Part shown: positions 61,223-64,000 of the stretch, piece after piece
Position numbering within the stretch: the stretch's first letter is position 1
Layout of the letters: every line of letters begins with the position of its first letter
DNA from: Somniosus microcephalus
Taxonomy: Eukaryota
Direction of reading: 5' to 3'
DNA length: 64,000 nucleotides
NCBI GenBank assembly: GCA_052327205.1
Contig: CM126202.1
Coordinates: forward strand, 165,292,001-165,356,000
Program-made: the position numbers and the translations under genes
The notes under the pieces: generated by a model
Told to the model about the DNA's origin: nothing
The model's database searches: none
What the model saw: only the letters and a program-made list of their open reading frames with translations

Positions 61223-61900
61223 GACACAACTTCCAGGCCTAACAAAATGTAAAACAAGTTCTGCATATTTTCCATATATTCCAGAAGAAACAAATGTGTA
61301 CAAATCTTTGGAAATCTCAGGGAGACTATAGTCCTTTGATGTATTCTGATGTCATTTTAATAGCATCCTGTGAGGATCAGTGTAATCTCTGTATATCTTC
61401 TGCTGCTCTAGCAGTTGACTTCAACTCCCGAGAATATGAGCTGCTTTTCCAGGTAATTAGATGAATGCCAATAGCAAATAGAGCTGAATCTGTTACAAAA
61501 GCAATATTAATGATTGTGTTGTTGGGCCAATTTGAAAATGGAATCTCTGGATTTATTTAAGCAAACCAACTGCAGTTGTTTGCAAGCTACCCAGGGAAGC
61601 AATGTGGCTAGTTTTTGTGTTTAGTGATTCTTTGGACTGGGATCACGATTGCATTTAGCCAACTTTCCTAATGGGGATAATAAGGGAGCAGGAACACAAC
61701 AGGTGACAAAAAGTTGAAATAATAAAGCACAGACAATGATGAATAACCATAATGCTGGTGCTCGGCCCTCTTCTGATTTAATGCTGTTGTTCACAACAAT
61801 TAATGGATTTCATGATATTTCCTCAGAGCATTGAATCTCAGCAGCAACTTACTTGTAATGGTAAGTATTACAGATTAATTTTTTACTTTGAAAACATTAT

Positions 61901-62599
61901 GGCCTAGAAATTCAGTTGGCGCCGCGCCAGGGCTTTAGCGCCGGAAATTTAGCGCCGGCGCTAAGTCCCCCTGCGCGCGCCAAAAATTCAGTAGCGCCAC
62001 GCCCAAACGGCTGCCGGCGCTACAGGAGGGTGTCAGCGCCTCGAAATGGGCGCTGACTGCCGCATTGCGGCGCAATTCCGGCGCTGCGGCACCCGATGCG
62101 GTGCGGCAGGCTGGGGAAGTGCAGGCCTCCTCCTTCAGTTAAGGAGGAGCTGCCTGCATCCGCCCGCTGGCCGTTGAAATCTTGAAAAAAATGAGCCCGG
62201 CACCTCAGAGAAGTGCCGGGCTCGCAGGCCAGACGCATCTGTTCCGCGGGGGGGGGGTGGAGGAGTCCGGGGAGGGAGGTGCGGGCAGGCGGCCGGCGGG
62301 AAAGCGGCCGGCCGCCGCGCGACCTTAATGCGCCGGCGCTAACTCGCGTAGGACTCTGCTGAAACATCGTTAGTTGCGGCTGCCACGGGTGAGGCGGCCG
62401 CAACTCAATTTTGGCGTTGGGGCCCGTCACCACGGCAACCGGGACGCTGCGCACACCGATGACGTCATCGGTGCCGGCGCAGCGCAACCGGTCTAACGCC
62501 GATGGCAGGGCCCCACTGAATTTACAAACCGGCCATAACTCCGGTGCTAGGCCCTCTAGCGCCTCAAATGGGGCGCTAACCCTACTGAATTTTCAGCCC
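61901..62599. mobile_element. Harbinger MITE, inverted sister of 49647-50344
   Basis: TIRs GGCCTAGAAATTCAGT / ACTGAATTTTCAGCCC; TSD TAT; first 19 nt equal the reverse complement of the autonomous right end. Confidence 0.92.
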
Positions 62600-62612
62600 T
62601 ATATTTGGTTCT

Positions 62613-63565
62613 AAATAATAATAATAATCAACCTTATTGTCATTGTTAGTGCACAAGTGCAATACAGCATAATGTAGGCTTGCGGCTCCCGAGAGTGTAC
62701 ATTTTGATTAAGACATTTAACATTCAACATTCATTTGGCTTGTAATACATAAACATAAACATAATAAAGTGCATTGGCAGATGTGCAGGCTTTAGAGTTT
62801 ATTTGTAGAGTTCAGTAGGATGACAGCCCTGGGAAAGAAGCTGTTCCTAAATCTGGTCGTTCGGGTGCGAATGCATCTGTAGCGTCTCCCAGATGGCAGG
62901 GGGGCGAACAAACTGTGGCTGGGGTGGGTAGGGTCTTTGATGATGGTCAGTGACCTCCGTAAACAGCGTTTCTGGTAGATGTTCTCTATGGTCGGTAGCC
63001 GGGTGCCGGTAATGCGTTGGGCAGTTTTGACTACCCGCTGCAGGGCTTTTTGGTCATAGGAGCTACAGCTGCCATACCACACTGTGATACAGTTCGTCAG
63101 GATGCTCTCTATTGTGCAGCGGTAAAAGTTAGAGAGGATCAGGGGTGACAGGTTACATCCCTTCAGCCTCCTTAGGAAATATAGGTGCTGCTGGGCCTTC
63201 TTCACCAAAGAGGAGGTATTGAGGGACCAGGAGAGGTCTTCCGTGATGTGGACTCCGAGGAACTTAAAGCTGTCCACCCTTTCCACCACAGCCCCATGGA
63301 TGTGGATGGGGGTGTGACTTCCGCCTTTAGACTTCCTGAAGTCCACAATGATTTCCTTGGTTTTCTTGATGTTAAGGGCCAGGTTGTTATCGGCGCACCA
63401 CTTCACGAGATGCTGGACCTCCTCCCTGTAGGCTGACTCATCGTTGTTGGTGATCTGGCCTACTACCGTGGTATCATCGTAAACTTGATGATGGTGTTGG
63501 AACCATGAACAGCCACACAGTCGTGGGTGAAGAGGAGGGGGCTCAGCACACAACCTTGTGGGGCC
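62613..63565 (-). mobile_element. Rex1/Babar LINE 3' fragment
   Basis: DDTTVVGQITNNDESAYREEV...KTKEIIVDFRK...FYRCTIESILT...SFFPRA; (ATT)n tail at 62613-62628. Confidence 0.88.
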
Positions 63566-63744
63566 GCTGTAGAGTTAAAGAGTAAAATATAGTCTGAAGG
63601 TTCCACTGATGTGCATGACTTGTGCTTTCAATTTATGGAATCATCAGAAACCCTATATTAAAATGAAGCCTTGTAACTTTCTAATCAGTATACATTTTTC
63701 TATATATTATGTTCAAGGAACTATAAAAATAACTAATAATTAGT

Positions 63745-63870
63745 CATTTCGCTCGATGGTTTACTGGCTATAAGGACCACCCAGTGTGATACTGAATAAT
63801 AACGACTGGGAAGGTCCCATATTCAATCCATAGGGCGGCTTGGGTTTGGCTGTGATTCACTTCAGGTTTG
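63745..63870 (+). mobile_element. tRNA-derived SINE head, decayed
   Basis: A-box-like TGGTTTACTGG and B-box-like ATTCAATCC. Confidence 0.35.
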
Positions 63871-64000
63871 AAGAGTTTTATGAACCTCGGGACGAGTTTC
63901 CATGGGAGTCCACCTGCTTGTCAGCAGCAACTTCACTGGATGAGCCACAGAAATAGTTTTTCTGGGATTCTTGCAGCTCTCCTGCCAAAATTACCGCTGA

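Noticed and set aside
61827-61860. LRR-like peptide RALNLSSNLL
   Set aside because: Only 34 nt, upstream in-frame stop, and frame incompatible with the adjacent acceptor; kept only as a weak exon candidate

Overview
Eukaryotic, transposon-dense DNA with no confidently identifiable host gene. The repeat families (CR1 LINEs with (GAAACATA)n tails, a Deu-domain SINE remnant, Penelope, L2, Rex1/Babar) suggest a vertebrate intron or intergenic region, most likely from a cartilaginous fish (inference). Main contents: (i) a complete PIF/Harbinger DNA transposon (1900-11354) with an intact 3-exon Myb/SANT gene and a convergent DDE transposase that rejoins in frame once a young Ty3/Gypsy insertion (5427-10415, identical LTRs) is removed; (ii) that Gypsy has an open pol but lacks the whole capsid part of gag, as shown by a decayed full-gag relative at 37791-42911; (iii) a gag-only LTR element (19856-21436); (iv) a CR1 with intact ORF2 and a decayed full-length CR1; (v) about a dozen Harbinger-type non-autonomous elements, several with a CRE at a similar distance from a TIR, conserved splice signals on both strands, or a retained Myb exon 1; (vi) hAT MITEs, Penelope remnants with degenerate hammerhead motifs, and LINE/SINE fragments. 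All comparisons were made by eye; boundaries of old fragments are approximate.
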